64,000 nt of DNA from an uncultured Ignavibacteria bacterium (GTDB lineage: Bacteria > Bacteroidota > Ignavibacteria > Kapaibacteriales > Kapaibacteriaceae), in assembly GCA_903939735.1 (NCBI GenBank), contig CAJAIA010000028.1, forward strand, positions 115,152 to 179,151. Direction: 5' to 3'. Under the pieces are notes generated by a model. That model was not told where the DNA came from. It ran no database searches and saw only the letters and a program-made list of their open reading frames with translations. Below are positions 19,843 through 29,075 of the stretch, piece after piece (position 1 is the stretch's first letter; each line of letters begins with the position of its first letter). Position numbers and translations under genes: made by a program.

Positions 19843-22800
19843 ATGGTGTGTGTACGCAGAACATTGCTGACGATGACGCTCATGTGCATCATGATTGTCC
19901 AGCTCTGCGCACAAACCCCTATCGGTGGCATCGTTAACTCGTACGCACGTGTCACAGCCGTTCAAACGGTTGATTGTCGCTCGTACATCACCATCGATAC
20001 AGTTGACGGCTTTGGAGCGGGCGATCGCATCCTTCTTTTGCAAATGAAGGGGCCCGTCGTGAGCGGCTCGTATGCGACACAAACGGTTGGTCTGACCGAA
20101 TACGCTGTGATCGATACCATCATTGGTACGACAATCACAACTGTCCACCCTCTGATTCATACCTACGACATTGCCGGTGCTGTGCAATGTGTGCGCGTGC
20201 CAGTGTACGACGAGGCAGTTGCCACAATGAACGTGACGGGCAAGCCCTGGGATGGTCGCACAGGAGGCGTGATTGCCTTCGATGTTCGAACAAAGCTCAC
20301 GTTGCAAGCCGATGTTGTAGCTGATGGTATTGGTTTCCGCGGTGGTCGCATCTGGAATGGATCTGTCGGCTGCTCCACGAAGATTGCTGATGGAGTCGTC
20401 AATTCTCCCAGCGCAGGGATGAAGGGCGAAACCTACGTTGACGCACTGCCAACACAGATCTCTGGTCTTGCCCCACTCTTTACTGGCGGTGGTGGCGGTT
20501 GCGATCATAACGCAGGTGGCGGCGGTGGTGGCAACGGTGGTGTCGGTGGAATCGGCGGCGCACAATACGAAGGATGTGGACGGTACTTCGACAACGGCGG
20601 TCGGGGTGGATTGTCCGTGCAACCTATTATCAACGGATATCCGCGATTACTCCTCGGCGGAGCTGGCGGTGCTGGTCATACCAACAACAGCATCGGAACT
20701 GGTGGCGGTAACGGTGGCGGTATCGTCATCATTCGCTGTCCGTCAATCATTGGTATGGCTCGCAGGATATCGGCGTCCGGAACCACGGCACCAGATGCAG
20801 GCAATGACGGCGCCGGTGGTGGTGGTGCTGGTGGAACGATTTATCTCGCGACAACACAGATCCAGCGTGGCCTCACAGCAATTGCAGGTGGTGGAGCTGG
20901 TGGCAATGTGCGCACAGGTGCGATTCATGGCAATGGGGCTGGCGGAGCTGGCGGAGTGTTCCTTTATGAAGGTCCGGGTGTTGGAGGGGGGCTGTCGTAT
21001 GCGTTGCCGGGCGGCGCGTGCGGACTCAATCTCCAGCGGACTGTGGAGGCTGAGCGGATCAACCTTGCCACGCGTGGCAATGATGGCCAAGTATCACTCA
21101 ATGTGGTGATCCCTGAAAACGTTGGACAGATCCCGAACATTCAGATGACAGCACCTGCTGATACCATCGTCTGTCCGGGAACACCGCTATCACTTCGAGC
21201 CCGAGCGCAGGGCGCATACGCACGTGTTCAGTGGGTGCGCGATGATGGTCGTATCGTCAGTACAACACTCGAGTATGGATTCGTCGCATCAGAAACACGT
21301 CGGTACGTGATTCGGCTGATTGACGAACGCGGTTGTGTTTCCGACGATACGTGCACAGTTGTTGTCGATCGGCAGTGGGAACTTGCATTCCCAGCAGTCA
21401 ATCGTACCGCACCCGGTTGTTCTGAAAAGATCGAGGATGCCTTGTGGTTAACCAACAACTCCAAGAAGCCAGCAACAGTCCGTGCCGTTCGGTCCCGCTC
21501 ACAGAGTGTGACGATTACAGTAGCACTGCCCGTTGAAATTGGCCCCGGCGAGAAAATGCGGATCCCGGTTGCGATCAATCTTCCAACCACACTCACGACA
21601 CTCACGTTCGATGTCGAGGCAGATATTACTCCATGCGACACGACAGTTGAGACATCGTTTACAATCACCCGCGGAGAATCATCATTCGGCGTGACTCCGA
21701 CGAGTGTTACACTCGATCACGTGCTTGCTTGCGTGTCAGTCGAGTACGATACAGTCATAGACCTGCGTTTTCCGCCAGGCGGCCTCGTTATCACAGAGGT
21801 CATTGCTGAAGGTGACGTTCGCTCGTTGATGCCAGTTCCGTTTACACCGAGTGATTCAACATCAACACCAATCAGCATTCGCTGGCGTCCGACGTTTCCT
21901 CGTGGTGCAGGACGACTCGGGTTTGTTGGACGGATTGACGCATGTGTCGATACGATGTGGGTTGACCTCGACGGTCTGGTAACACATCCACGCGTCACAC
22001 TCGTCGAACCACCACCACCTGCGACATTCGTGCTTTGCCGGGATACAACGTTCTCAGTTGAAGCTTCAATTCTCTCCTCCGACTCAACGGTATGGACTGT
22101 TGATAGCATAACGGTGTCCGGACCAGGGACATGTAATCTTGTCTCAGGCCAGCAACTTCAAAATCCGCAAACGCTTACGTGTTACGTTACTCCTACAAGC
22201 GTTGGTCCGTACGAAGTGATCGTACGCGCGCGGTTACTCCCCTGTGACACCGTACTCACATGGATTGTACGAGGAGTTGCCACCGACGTAGGGTTGAGCG
22301 GAACCGACACACTTGTGTTTACCGAAGCAGTCATCGGTCGTGAACAGGTGTTGCAGGCGACGTATCGCAACACGGGCGATGCTCCTCTTCGCGTTGTATC
22401 TATTGTTCAACCAGCACTACCCTACCGCATCATTTCTGTTGCCCCTAGCCTTCCGGCGACGGTACAGCCGGGCGAGGACGTGCGAGTATTGGTGGGGATT
22501 ATACAACGCGTTGGGACGTTCACTGATAGTCTCACACTCATCGTTGACGATCCATGCCCACGGTCCTACACGACGATTCTTTCGAGTACAGCTACGACAC
22601 AGACGCATGTAGTGATGCCCGATGTCCGCGGACAAGTCGACGTTGTGACAACGATGCCTGTGATCCTCAGCACACGGCCCTCGCTTGACTCTTCGATGGC
22701 AACAGACTTTACGCTTCAGCTTCGTTGTTCTGCTACCGAATGTGCCGTCGTTGATGGGTTGGATTCACTAACGCAATGGACAGTCTCACGCAGTGGGGAT

Positions 22801-23277
22801 CAGCTCGTGATCGACATCAGTGGGCGTTGGGACCGAGGCGATACGCTAGCTCGTGTACCGATGCGCCCTCTGCTCTCGCGCGTCGACAGTGTTGCTGTCG
22901 TGTTTGATCGTACGCAGGGCCTTGTCTGGCAAGCCTTCGACGCACCTATCACCTATGATGACGGTTCAATCGTCATCGATGACGTCTGTGCCACACGTCG
23001 TATCAGAATGGTAACGCTCGACGCCCGACCACGTGTGTCGCTTCGACCACAACCTGCCCGCGATCACATCATCATTGCGCTGTCCGATGATACGCAGCAT
23101 CACCTTGACGTGACAGCTGTAGACATCCTAGGTCATGCAGTGACAGTCTCGTCAGCACTCGTGCGTGGTACGCATCGTGTGTCGTTGTCGGATCTTGCGT
23201 CTGGATGGTATGCACTTACCATCAGCGTCGATGGTATCTCGTCGGTGCATGTTCTTGCGATCGTGCGTGATCGCTAA
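19843..23277 (+). CDS. Secreted T9SS cargo protein with glycine-rich solenoid-like region, ASH/Ig-like domains and cohesin-like domain
   Basis: Signal peptide MVCVRRTLLTMTLMCIMIVQLCAQ. About 200 aa of GGGG(A/N)GG repeats (residues ~215-400). CTD ...LRPQPARDHIIIAL...LASGWYALTISVDG...AIVRDR. Confidence 0.8.
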   Translation: MVCVRRTLLTMTLMCIMIVQLCAQTPIGGIVNSYARVTAVQTVDCRSYITIDTVDGFGAGDRILLLQMKGPVVSGSYATQTVGLTEYAVIDTIIGTTITTVHPLIHTYDIAGAVQCVRVPVYDEAVATMNVTGKPWDGRTGGVIAFDVRTKLTLQADVVADGIGFRGGRIWNGSVGCSTKIADGVVNSPSAGMKGETYVDALPTQISGLAPLFTGGGGGCDHNAGGGGGGNGGVGGIGGAQYEGCGRYFDNGGRGGLSVQPIINGYPRLLLGGAGGAGHTNNSIGTGGGNGGGIVIIRCPSIIGMARRISASGTTAPDAGNDGAGGGGAGGTIYLATTQIQRGLTAIAGGGAGGNVRTGAIHGNGAGGAGGVFLYEGPGVGGGLSYALPGGACGLNLQRTVEAERINLATRGNDGQVSLNVVIPENVGQIPNIQMTAPADTIVCPGTPLSLRARAQGAYARVQWVRDDGRIVSTTLEYGFVASETRRYVIRLIDERGCVSDDTCTVVVDRQWELAFPAVNRTAPGCSEKIEDALWLTNNSKKPATVRAVRSRSQSVTITVALPVEIGPGEKMRIPVAINLPTTLTTLTFDVEADITPCDTTVETSFTITRGESSFGVTPTSVTLDHVLACVSVEYDTVIDLRFPPGGLVITEVIAEGDVRSLMPVPFTPSDSTSTPISIRWRPTFPRGAGRLGFVGRIDACVDTMWVDLDGLVTHPRVTLVEPPPPATFVLCRDTTFSVEASILSSDSTVWTVDSITVSGPGTCNLVSGQQLQNPQTLTCYVTPTSVGPYEVIVRARLLPCDTVLTWIVRGVATDVGLSGTDTLVFTEAVIGREQVLQATYRNTGDAPLRVVSIVQPALPYRIISVAPSLPATVQPGEDVRVLVGIIQRVGTFTDSLTLIVDDPCPRSYTTILSSTATTQTHVVMPDVRGQVDVVTTMPVILSTRPSLDSSMATDFTLQLRCSATECAVVDGLDSLTQWTVSRSGDQLVIDISGRWDRGDTLARVPMRPLLSRVDSVAVVFDRTQGLVWQAFDAPITYDDGSIVIDDVCATRRIRMVTLDARPRVSLRPQPARDHIIIALSDDTQHHLDVTAVDILGHAVTVSSALVRGTHRVSLSDLASGWYALTISVDGISSVHVLAIVRDR

Positions 23278-23281
23278 CTCG

Positions 23282-24142
23282 TTAGTGCTCGAGTACGCCG
23301 AACTTCCCAATGGAATAATCGTGGAGCGCTTCGTGGAGCTGCTCTTCGGTGTTCATCACGAACGGACCGTACATCGCCACTGGCTCCCCGAGAGGCTGTC
23401 CGCCGAGAAGCAGAAGCGATCCCTCTGTTAACGCTTCGATCTCAATAGTATCGCCGGTGGATTCAAACACAGCCAACGAATGGCGCTCAACAACGTGATC
23501 TCCGTTGATGCGTAGCTGACCGTTCAGCACGTAGATCGCGAGGTTCGCATATGCTGGGGCAGCAAGTGTTGCCGTTGGCCCCGGGCGGAAATGTCCCATC
23601 GCCGTTAGCACTGGCGACTGTGTCGTGGCTGGTCCCACATGCCCCATGTACGATCCTGACACAAGGTCAAGATCGAGCGCACCGTTGAGCACATCAAGAC
23701 GAATCATGTGATCACGATGCAGTTCTTGGTACGCCGGCGTCATCATTTTCTTTTCAGCCGGCAGATTCACCCAGAGCTGGATCATCTCTAACTCGCCCCC
23801 TGCCTCCTGCAATGCAGCAGTGGGGCCTTCACTGTGAATGATGCCGCTACCGCTGGTGATCCACTGCACTTCGCCTGCATTGATGGTTCCCTCGTTTCCG
23901 AGAGAATCGCGATGCAGCACGCTACCCTTGTAGACGAAGCTCACCGGTTCGAATCCGCGATGAGGATGCGGATCAATACGATGCACCGCCCCACCCGCTT
24001 CAAACGTCTGTGGTCCTGCATGGTGAAGCAGGATAAACGGATCCACATTGCGCAATGCATGAACGGGAAGGGGCTGAGCCACACGGAGTGGACCAACTCC
24101 CGTCATGAGCGAATGAGTGATGATGCGAATGGGGCGTTGCAT
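23282..24142 (-). CDS. Pirin family protein
   Basis: Bicupin with HPHRGFEPVSFVYKG...HRDS. Confidence 0.85.
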   Translation of the reverse strand: MQRPIRIITHSLMTGVGPLRVAQPLPVHALRNVDPFILLHHAGPQTFEAGGAVHRIDPHPHRGFEPVSFVYKGSVLHRDSLGNEGTINAGEVQWITSGSGIIHSEGPTAALQEAGGELEMIQLWVNLPAEKKMMTPAYQELHRDHMIRLDVLNGALDLDLVSGSYMGHVGPATTQSPVLTAMGHFRPGPTATLAAPAYANLAIYVLNGQLRINGDHVVERHSLAVFESTGDTIEIEALTEGSLLLLGGQPLGEPVAMYGPFVMNTEEQLHEALHDYSIGKFGVLEH

Positions 24143-24153
24143 ACCGACCTCGT

Positions 24154-24678
24154 TTAGGCTGTCTTCTGAAGTTGAATGTTCAGGCTGAGCTTCACAGCGT
24201 CAGACACAACAATGCCGCCAGCTTCTGTGACTGCGCCCCATGTAAGACCAAACTCTTGACGATTGATCGTACCCGTGAGTTCAAAACCAGCCTTGGTATT
24301 GCCATAGAAGTCAACCATCTGACCACCATACTCAACATCAAGCGTTACTTGACGCGTGACATCGCGAACAGTAAGATCGCCCGTGATGGTGCGCTTGTCG
24401 CCATCTGTCGTAATGCCCTGACCAACGAACGACATTGTTGGGAACTTCTCTGCGCTAAAGAAATCATCACTCTTCAGGTGCTGATCACGCATGTCGTTCT
24501 TTGTGTTGATGCTGGCGATATCAGCGTCGAAGTGAACCTTCGCATCGCTGAAGTCGTCGGCAGCGCTCTCCACGTTCACACGATATGATCCGAACTCACC
24601 CGTTACGGTGTTGATCATAAGGTGCTTTACCTTGAATTGCACATCTGAGTGTGCTGGATCGACAGTCCATGTTGCCAT
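24154..24678 (-). CDS. YceI family polyisoprenoid-binding protein
   Basis: WTVDPAHSDVQFKVKHLMI... ATG 24678 is preceded by GGAGG with a 5-nt spacer. The track start at 24759 is probably too long. Confidence 0.85.
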   Translation of the reverse strand: MATWTVDPAHSDVQFKVKHLMINTVTGEFGSYRVNVESAADDFSDAKVHFDADIASINTKNDMRDQHLKSDDFFSAEKFPTMSFVGQGITTDGDKRTITGDLTVRDVTRQVTLDVEYGGQMVDFYGNTKAGFELTGTINRQEFGLTWGAVTEAGGIVVSDAVKLSLNIQLQKTA

Positions 24679-24781
24679 CAGGGCCTCCATTGCATTGAGT
24701 GAATTGGAATTCAACGTCGTGTTCGTCACAAAGGTATGTGTTGCAACACGCTTTTCCAACTCAGGCCCGTTGTGGCTCGTG

Positions 24782-25429
24782 TTATCTCACGATGACAACG
24801 CCACTGCTTGTTCCGATACGGTCTGCACCGGCCTCAATCATCGCTACTGCTGTTGCGCGATCGCGGATACCGCCACTAGCCTTCACCCGTACGGAGGGTC
24901 CGACGAGCTCTCGTAGCATGCGGACATCTTCGATCGTTGCTCCCCCAGTCGAGAAACCTGTCGAGGTCTTGATGAAGTCTGCGCCTGCCTGCGTCACGAT
25001 CGAGCACATACGACGCTTTTCATCAGCCGTAAGCAGGCATGTCTCGATGATCACCTTCACAATCGCACCCTGATCGTGACAAACCTGTGTGACGGTGCGA
25101 ATATCTTCGAGCACTGCATCGTGCATCCCACTCTTGAGTGCTGTGATGGAGGCAACCATGTCGATCTCACGCGCACCATGTGCAATTGCATTTACCGATT
25201 CTGCAACCTTTGCAGCCGTCGTTGTTGCTCCGAGTGGAAATCCAACCACGGTGCACACAGCGACATCTGTGCCTTCCAGCAACGTTGTTGCGCGGGCTAC
25301 ATGCCAAGGAAGGATGCAGACGCTCGCAAAGGAATACTGCGCAGCTTCAGCACATAACACATCCACCTGTTGCGCTGTTGAGTCGGGCTTAAGAATCGTG
25401 TGATCGATTGTTGATGCGAGATCAAGCAT
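24782..25429 (-). CDS. deoC: Deoxyribose-phosphate aldolase
   Basis: TIDHTILKPD, FIKTSTGF (Schiff-base Lys) and VKASGGIR. Confidence 0.9.
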   Translation of the reverse strand: MLDLASTIDHTILKPDSTAQQVDVLCAEAAQYSFASVCILPWHVARATTLLEGTDVAVCTVVGFPLGATTTAAKVAESVNAIAHGAREIDMVASITALKSGMHDAVLEDIRTVTQVCHDQGAIVKVIIETCLLTADEKRRMCSIVTQAGADFIKTSTGFSTGGATIEDVRMLRELVGPSVRVKASGGIRDRATAVAMIEAGADRIGTSSGVVIVR

Positions 25430-25447
25430 AGGATGATATCCGAAGCG

Positions 25448-27079
25448 TTATTGAAGGTCGATATCGCGACCAAGGACATCAGGCGCGCGATACTTGTGAG
25501 AGCTGAATGCTGAGAATGCCTGCCGAATATTGAAGATCAGTCCGGCAATCTTCCCTGTATCCATGTTGTAGGCGAGATCAAATCGGAACACTGCATCCTC
25601 GCCAGCAGCCTTGAGATTATGAATGCGCAGTCCGAATCCGACCGCATGATGGAAGCGAGTGGATGCCAACGCATCGCCTTGCCCCCATACAGCCCCATTA
25701 TCGTAGAATGCCACAGCACTCCATCCAAGGATCCATGTCTTCCATCCCGGGAACCAGCGGAGTTCTGAATTCGTGATGATGCGATTCTCGCCACTGATAC
25801 CATTGGCGCCGTACCCGCGAAGACCGTTTTCAAAGTCCAACACGAGCTGACGGAATGCAGTCCAATTCCACGCAGTCTGTGTTCGAATGCGCGCCGTTGC
25901 AACGAAATGGTCCGAGAATTTGAGGTGGCCAAGTCCGTTGATCTCGAGATAGGTATATCGCGCACGTCGATCCCCAAACCCTGTACCAGCCTGGATACGT
26001 CCATGGAGGTACAGTGCAGGTGAAACATACCGAGACTGTTCCGCCTGACCGCCCAGGTACCACATCGTCTGTCCACCATTGCCAAGCGAGAATACACGTC
26101 CAATGATTGCGGACCCCCACGCTCCCTCTGGGACGTCTTCCGTCTCGTACCCATCGAGGAATCTGCTCCGATGATATGTCTGCGTGATTGACGAGAACGC
26201 CACAAGGAAGTGTCCCGTGTTATCAAACGCCTGACGCGAAGATGGGACAGTGCGCTTGACGTCGGAAAGACGGATACTCACACTCGTGAACAAACGATCA
26301 CGTTCACCGGATGCCTGCGACAACCAACCAACGAATTCACGATCATGGAACGGAAGGAGCGTTCGCGACCCCGGGTCAGACTGATAATCGAAATCACTTC
26401 CGAATGCGTTCCACACACCAACACTAAAAGCCCACGGCGTCGACATCGTTCGATAAGGTTGTGTCACTTGCAGCATTTGATCTGTGCGAACAGCATTCGC
26501 ACGCAAGGCAGCATTCAGGTTCAGTTCCGACCCAAACAACCGACGTTGTGTGAGCTGCGCCATACCCTCCCAGCCAATAGCATTCTCCGTGCGGTAGAGT
26601 CCGTACACCATTGCCTGCGTTCCATTACCGAACAGATTGATCTCTTCGAGTTTAGCTCCAATGTTGGCAATGCCTCCACCCGTGCCGAGCAATGCGGCAG
26701 GACGCAAGGAAAGTCGGTCCTGCGTCTGCACGATCACATCGACGCTGTCCCGACCAATATTCCGCGTCGTAATAGTCACAGCTGCAAACACACCGATGCG
26801 ACGGAGATTCCGCTCGGTCTCCTGAAGAACGGTTGTATCAAGGTCATCGCCCTCGGCAAACAGCAACTCTTCTTCGATCACATCGAAACGCGTCGTTGTA
26901 TGCAGCGTGTTGACAAGGTCGCCGGCGAAGAACCACTCTTGTGTCGTTGGATCGAAGATGTCACGTCGATCGATGTACACTCGACGAATAATGCGAGGTT
27001 CTTCACTGGTGGCAGGCGCGGCGTGAAGATGTGCGACCAGTGCGATAACGGCAATGATCACTCCGAGGAATCGTGTCAC
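25448..27079 (-). CDS. Omp85 (BamA/TamA) family outer-membrane protein with a single POTRA-like domain
   Basis: Signal peptide MTRFLGVIIAVIALVAHLHA. N-terminal POTRA-like ~80 aa, then a 16-strand-like barrel. GTGA overlap with the ptsI stop. Confidence 0.75.
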   Translation of the reverse strand: MTRFLGVIIAVIALVAHLHAAPATSEEPRIIRRVYIDRRDIFDPTTQEWFFAGDLVNTLHTTTRFDVIEEELLFAEGDDLDTTVLQETERNLRRIGVFAAVTITTRNIGRDSVDVIVQTQDRLSLRPAALLGTGGGIANIGAKLEEINLFGNGTQAMVYGLYRTENAIGWEGMAQLTQRRLFGSELNLNAALRANAVRTDQMLQVTQPYRTMSTPWAFSVGVWNAFGSDFDYQSDPGSRTLLPFHDREFVGWLSQASGERDRLFTSVSIRLSDVKRTVPSSRQAFDNTGHFLVAFSSITQTYHRSRFLDGYETEDVPEGAWGSAIIGRVFSLGNGGQTMWYLGGQAEQSRYVSPALYLHGRIQAGTGFGDRRARYTYLEINGLGHLKFSDHFVATARIRTQTAWNWTAFRQLVLDFENGLRGYGANGISGENRIITNSELRWFPGWKTWILGWSAVAFYDNGAVWGQGDALASTRFHHAVGFGLRIHNLKAAGEDAVFRFDLAYNMDTGKIAGLIFNIRQAFSAFSSHKYRAPDVLGRDIDLQ

Positions 27080-28809
27080 GTGATCATTCTCCCATGATCC
27101 CCTGCTTGGAGTGATTGCAGGACTGCATAGACCTCCGTCGTCGACGTGCAGGTGAGCACTGTTGCAACCGCATCGGCACAGGCAACACTTTCGGCCATAC
27201 GAATGCGATGTTTAAGCTCAAGCGCGAGAGATGGGGCAACGCTTAGCTCTCGCAAGCCCAACCCAAGTAGAAGCTCCGTTGCCGCGGCATGACCAGCAAG
27301 CTCACCGCATACACTCACAGGTATGCCGACCTCGTTTGCTGCATCGACCGTTTGCGCGATAAGCCGAACAACAGCCGGATGCATGGCATCGAAAATGTCG
27401 GCAACGAGTTCATTCGTGCGATCGGTAGCGAGCGTGTATTGCGCAAGATCATTCGTGCCAATCGACAGGAACTGCACGCGCTCGGCAAAACTTCTGGCGA
27501 GCAATGCAGCCGCCGGTGTTTCGATCATCACACCGATTGGAATCGATGCATTGATCGCGACACCACGACTGTGGAGTGATGCAATGGTGTGATCCATGAT
27601 CCGGCGAGCGGCGTCCAGCTCCTCGATTGACGAAATCATTGGGAGCATAAACTTCACGTCTCCATGCACTGATGCTCGGAGAATCGCCTCAATTTGTTGC
27701 TCAAATATGTCTGGCCGATAGAGCAGGAAACGAATACCACGCAGACCGAGCGCAGGGTTCTCCTCATGGTGTGGAATGCCTTCGCGGAACTTGTCGCTTC
27801 CAACATCGAATGCACGGAACGTCACAGACGAGGTTCCACACCGTTCAAGAATGGATCGATACCACTGGTACTGCTCATCCGCGTTTGGATACCTTCCGAA
27901 CGCAACGAGCATCGTCTCCGTCCGCACGAGGCCTACTCCATCGCAGCCAACAGCAACTGCTGCGTCGGCATCGATGGCAGTATCGATGTTCGCTCGTAAC
28001 ACCACGGTCTGTCCGTCACGAGTCACGGACGGCAATGCTGCGAGCGAGGCTAGTTCAGAGCGCTCACGTGATTGCTCCGCCATTCTCTTGTGATAGGATT
28101 GCAGCGTGGCGTCATTAGGTCGAACAACGACCAGCCCCGTGAATCCATCCACAATGATCTCATCTCCATCACCAATCAGATCGGTCGCATTGCGAATACC
28201 GATGACCGCTGGGATGCCGTATTCACGGGCAAGAATGCAAGAATGGGATGTGACACCCCCCACTTCCGTAATGAAACCAATCGTCGACATCCGCTTGAAG
28301 AACAGCATATCGTGCGGAGTTATCGTTCCCGCCACAACAATGCTGTCGGAACGCAGTTCGTGCGAGAGGGTTCGATTACGCAACGCTGCAAGCATCCTCT
28401 CTACGACATGTTCAAAATCCTGAACACGCTCACGCAGCAACTGATCTCGGGCACTATACAGGAACGTCTTGTGCACATCGAATTCATCAACAACAGCAGC
28501 TTCTGCCGATGCACCAGATTCAATGCGCTTGATGATAGCCTGCGTGATAATCGGATCGCTCGCAATCATGAGGTATGATTCGAGAATCGAGACAACAGTT
28601 GTTGATTCAGATGTCGCCAGATCAATGGCGTGTCGAAGGTCCGCTATCGTAGCCTGATGAGCCGCGTGCAAACGGTCGACTTCATTCGTGACCTCAGATT
28701 CAGCGATCACGTCACGATCAATACTTGGACTCTCGGTCGCAATCGTGTAGGCTCGTCCGATCGCAATACCGGGAGAGGCAGGAATCCCTTTGAGAACTAC
28801 CGTACTCAG
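27076..28809 (-). CDS. ptsI: Phosphoenolpyruvate-protein phosphotransferase (PTS enzyme I), probable CTG start
   Basis: GGVTSHSCILAREYGIPAV (phospho-His), MIETPAA, SIGTNDLAQY and VCGELAG. The conserved N-terminus KGIPASPGIAIGRAY is encoded upstream of the track start GTG 28710. See the related finding. Confidence 0.85.
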   Translation of the reverse strand: MSTVVLKGIPASPGIAIGRAYTIATESPSIDRDVIAESEVTNEVDRLHAAHQATIADLRHAIDLATSESTTVVSILESYLMIASDPIITQAIIKRIESGASAEAAVVDEFDVHKTFLYSARDQLLRERVQDFEHVVERMLAALRNRTLSHELRSDSIVVAGTITPHDMLFFKRMSTIGFITEVGGVTSHSCILAREYGIPAVIGIRNATDLIGDGDEIIVDGFTGLVVVRPNDATLQSYHKRMAEQSRERSELASLAALPSVTRDGQTVVLRANIDTAIDADAAVAVGCDGVGLVRTETMLVAFGRYPNADEQYQWYRSILERCGTSSVTFRAFDVGSDKFREGIPHHEENPALGLRGIRFLLYRPDIFEQQIEAILRASVHGDVKFMLPMISSIEELDAARRIMDHTIASLHSRGVAINASIPIGVMIETPAAALLARSFAERVQFLSIGTNDLAQYTLATDRTNELVADIFDAMHPAVVRLIAQTVDAANEVGIPVSVCGELAGHAAATELLLGLGLRELSVAPSLALELKHRIRMAESVACADAVATVLTCTSTTEVYAVLQSLQAGDHGRMIT

Positions 28810-29075
28810 AGTTGCTCCCCAAACCCACTGTGAAACAACTCGACAAGTGCTGCATGCGCTTCGGACTCATCTGATCCGTCGACAATGACGCCGAGTTCAC
28901 AACCTTGCTCAGCAGCAAGTGTCATGACACCAATAATGCTCTTGGCGTTGATGTTAAATCCATCACGCACCAGATACACATCACTTGCAAACTGCGACGC
29001 AACTTTCACGACCATTGCTGCAGGGCGCGTATGAAGTCCGGCTCGATTGCGCACGGTAACCGTCGATTCGATCAT
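28806..29075 (-). CDS. ptsH: Phosphocarrier protein HPr
   Basis: 89 aa. RAGLHTRPA (His15 site) and NAKSIIGVMTL (Ser46 region). Confidence 0.9.
   Translation of the reverse strand: MIESTVTVRNRAGLHTRPAAMVVKVASQFASDVYLVRDGFNINAKSIIGVMTLAAEQGCELGVIVDGSDESEAHAALVELFHSGFGEQL

Noticed and set aside
19819-21109. Track ORFs 19819..20622 (-) and 20438..21109 (+) over the glycine-rich repeat
   Set aside because: These are alternative frames of the GGN-rich repeat DNA of the 1144-aa cargo gene. The real frame is continuous with a signal peptide and a T9SS CTD.
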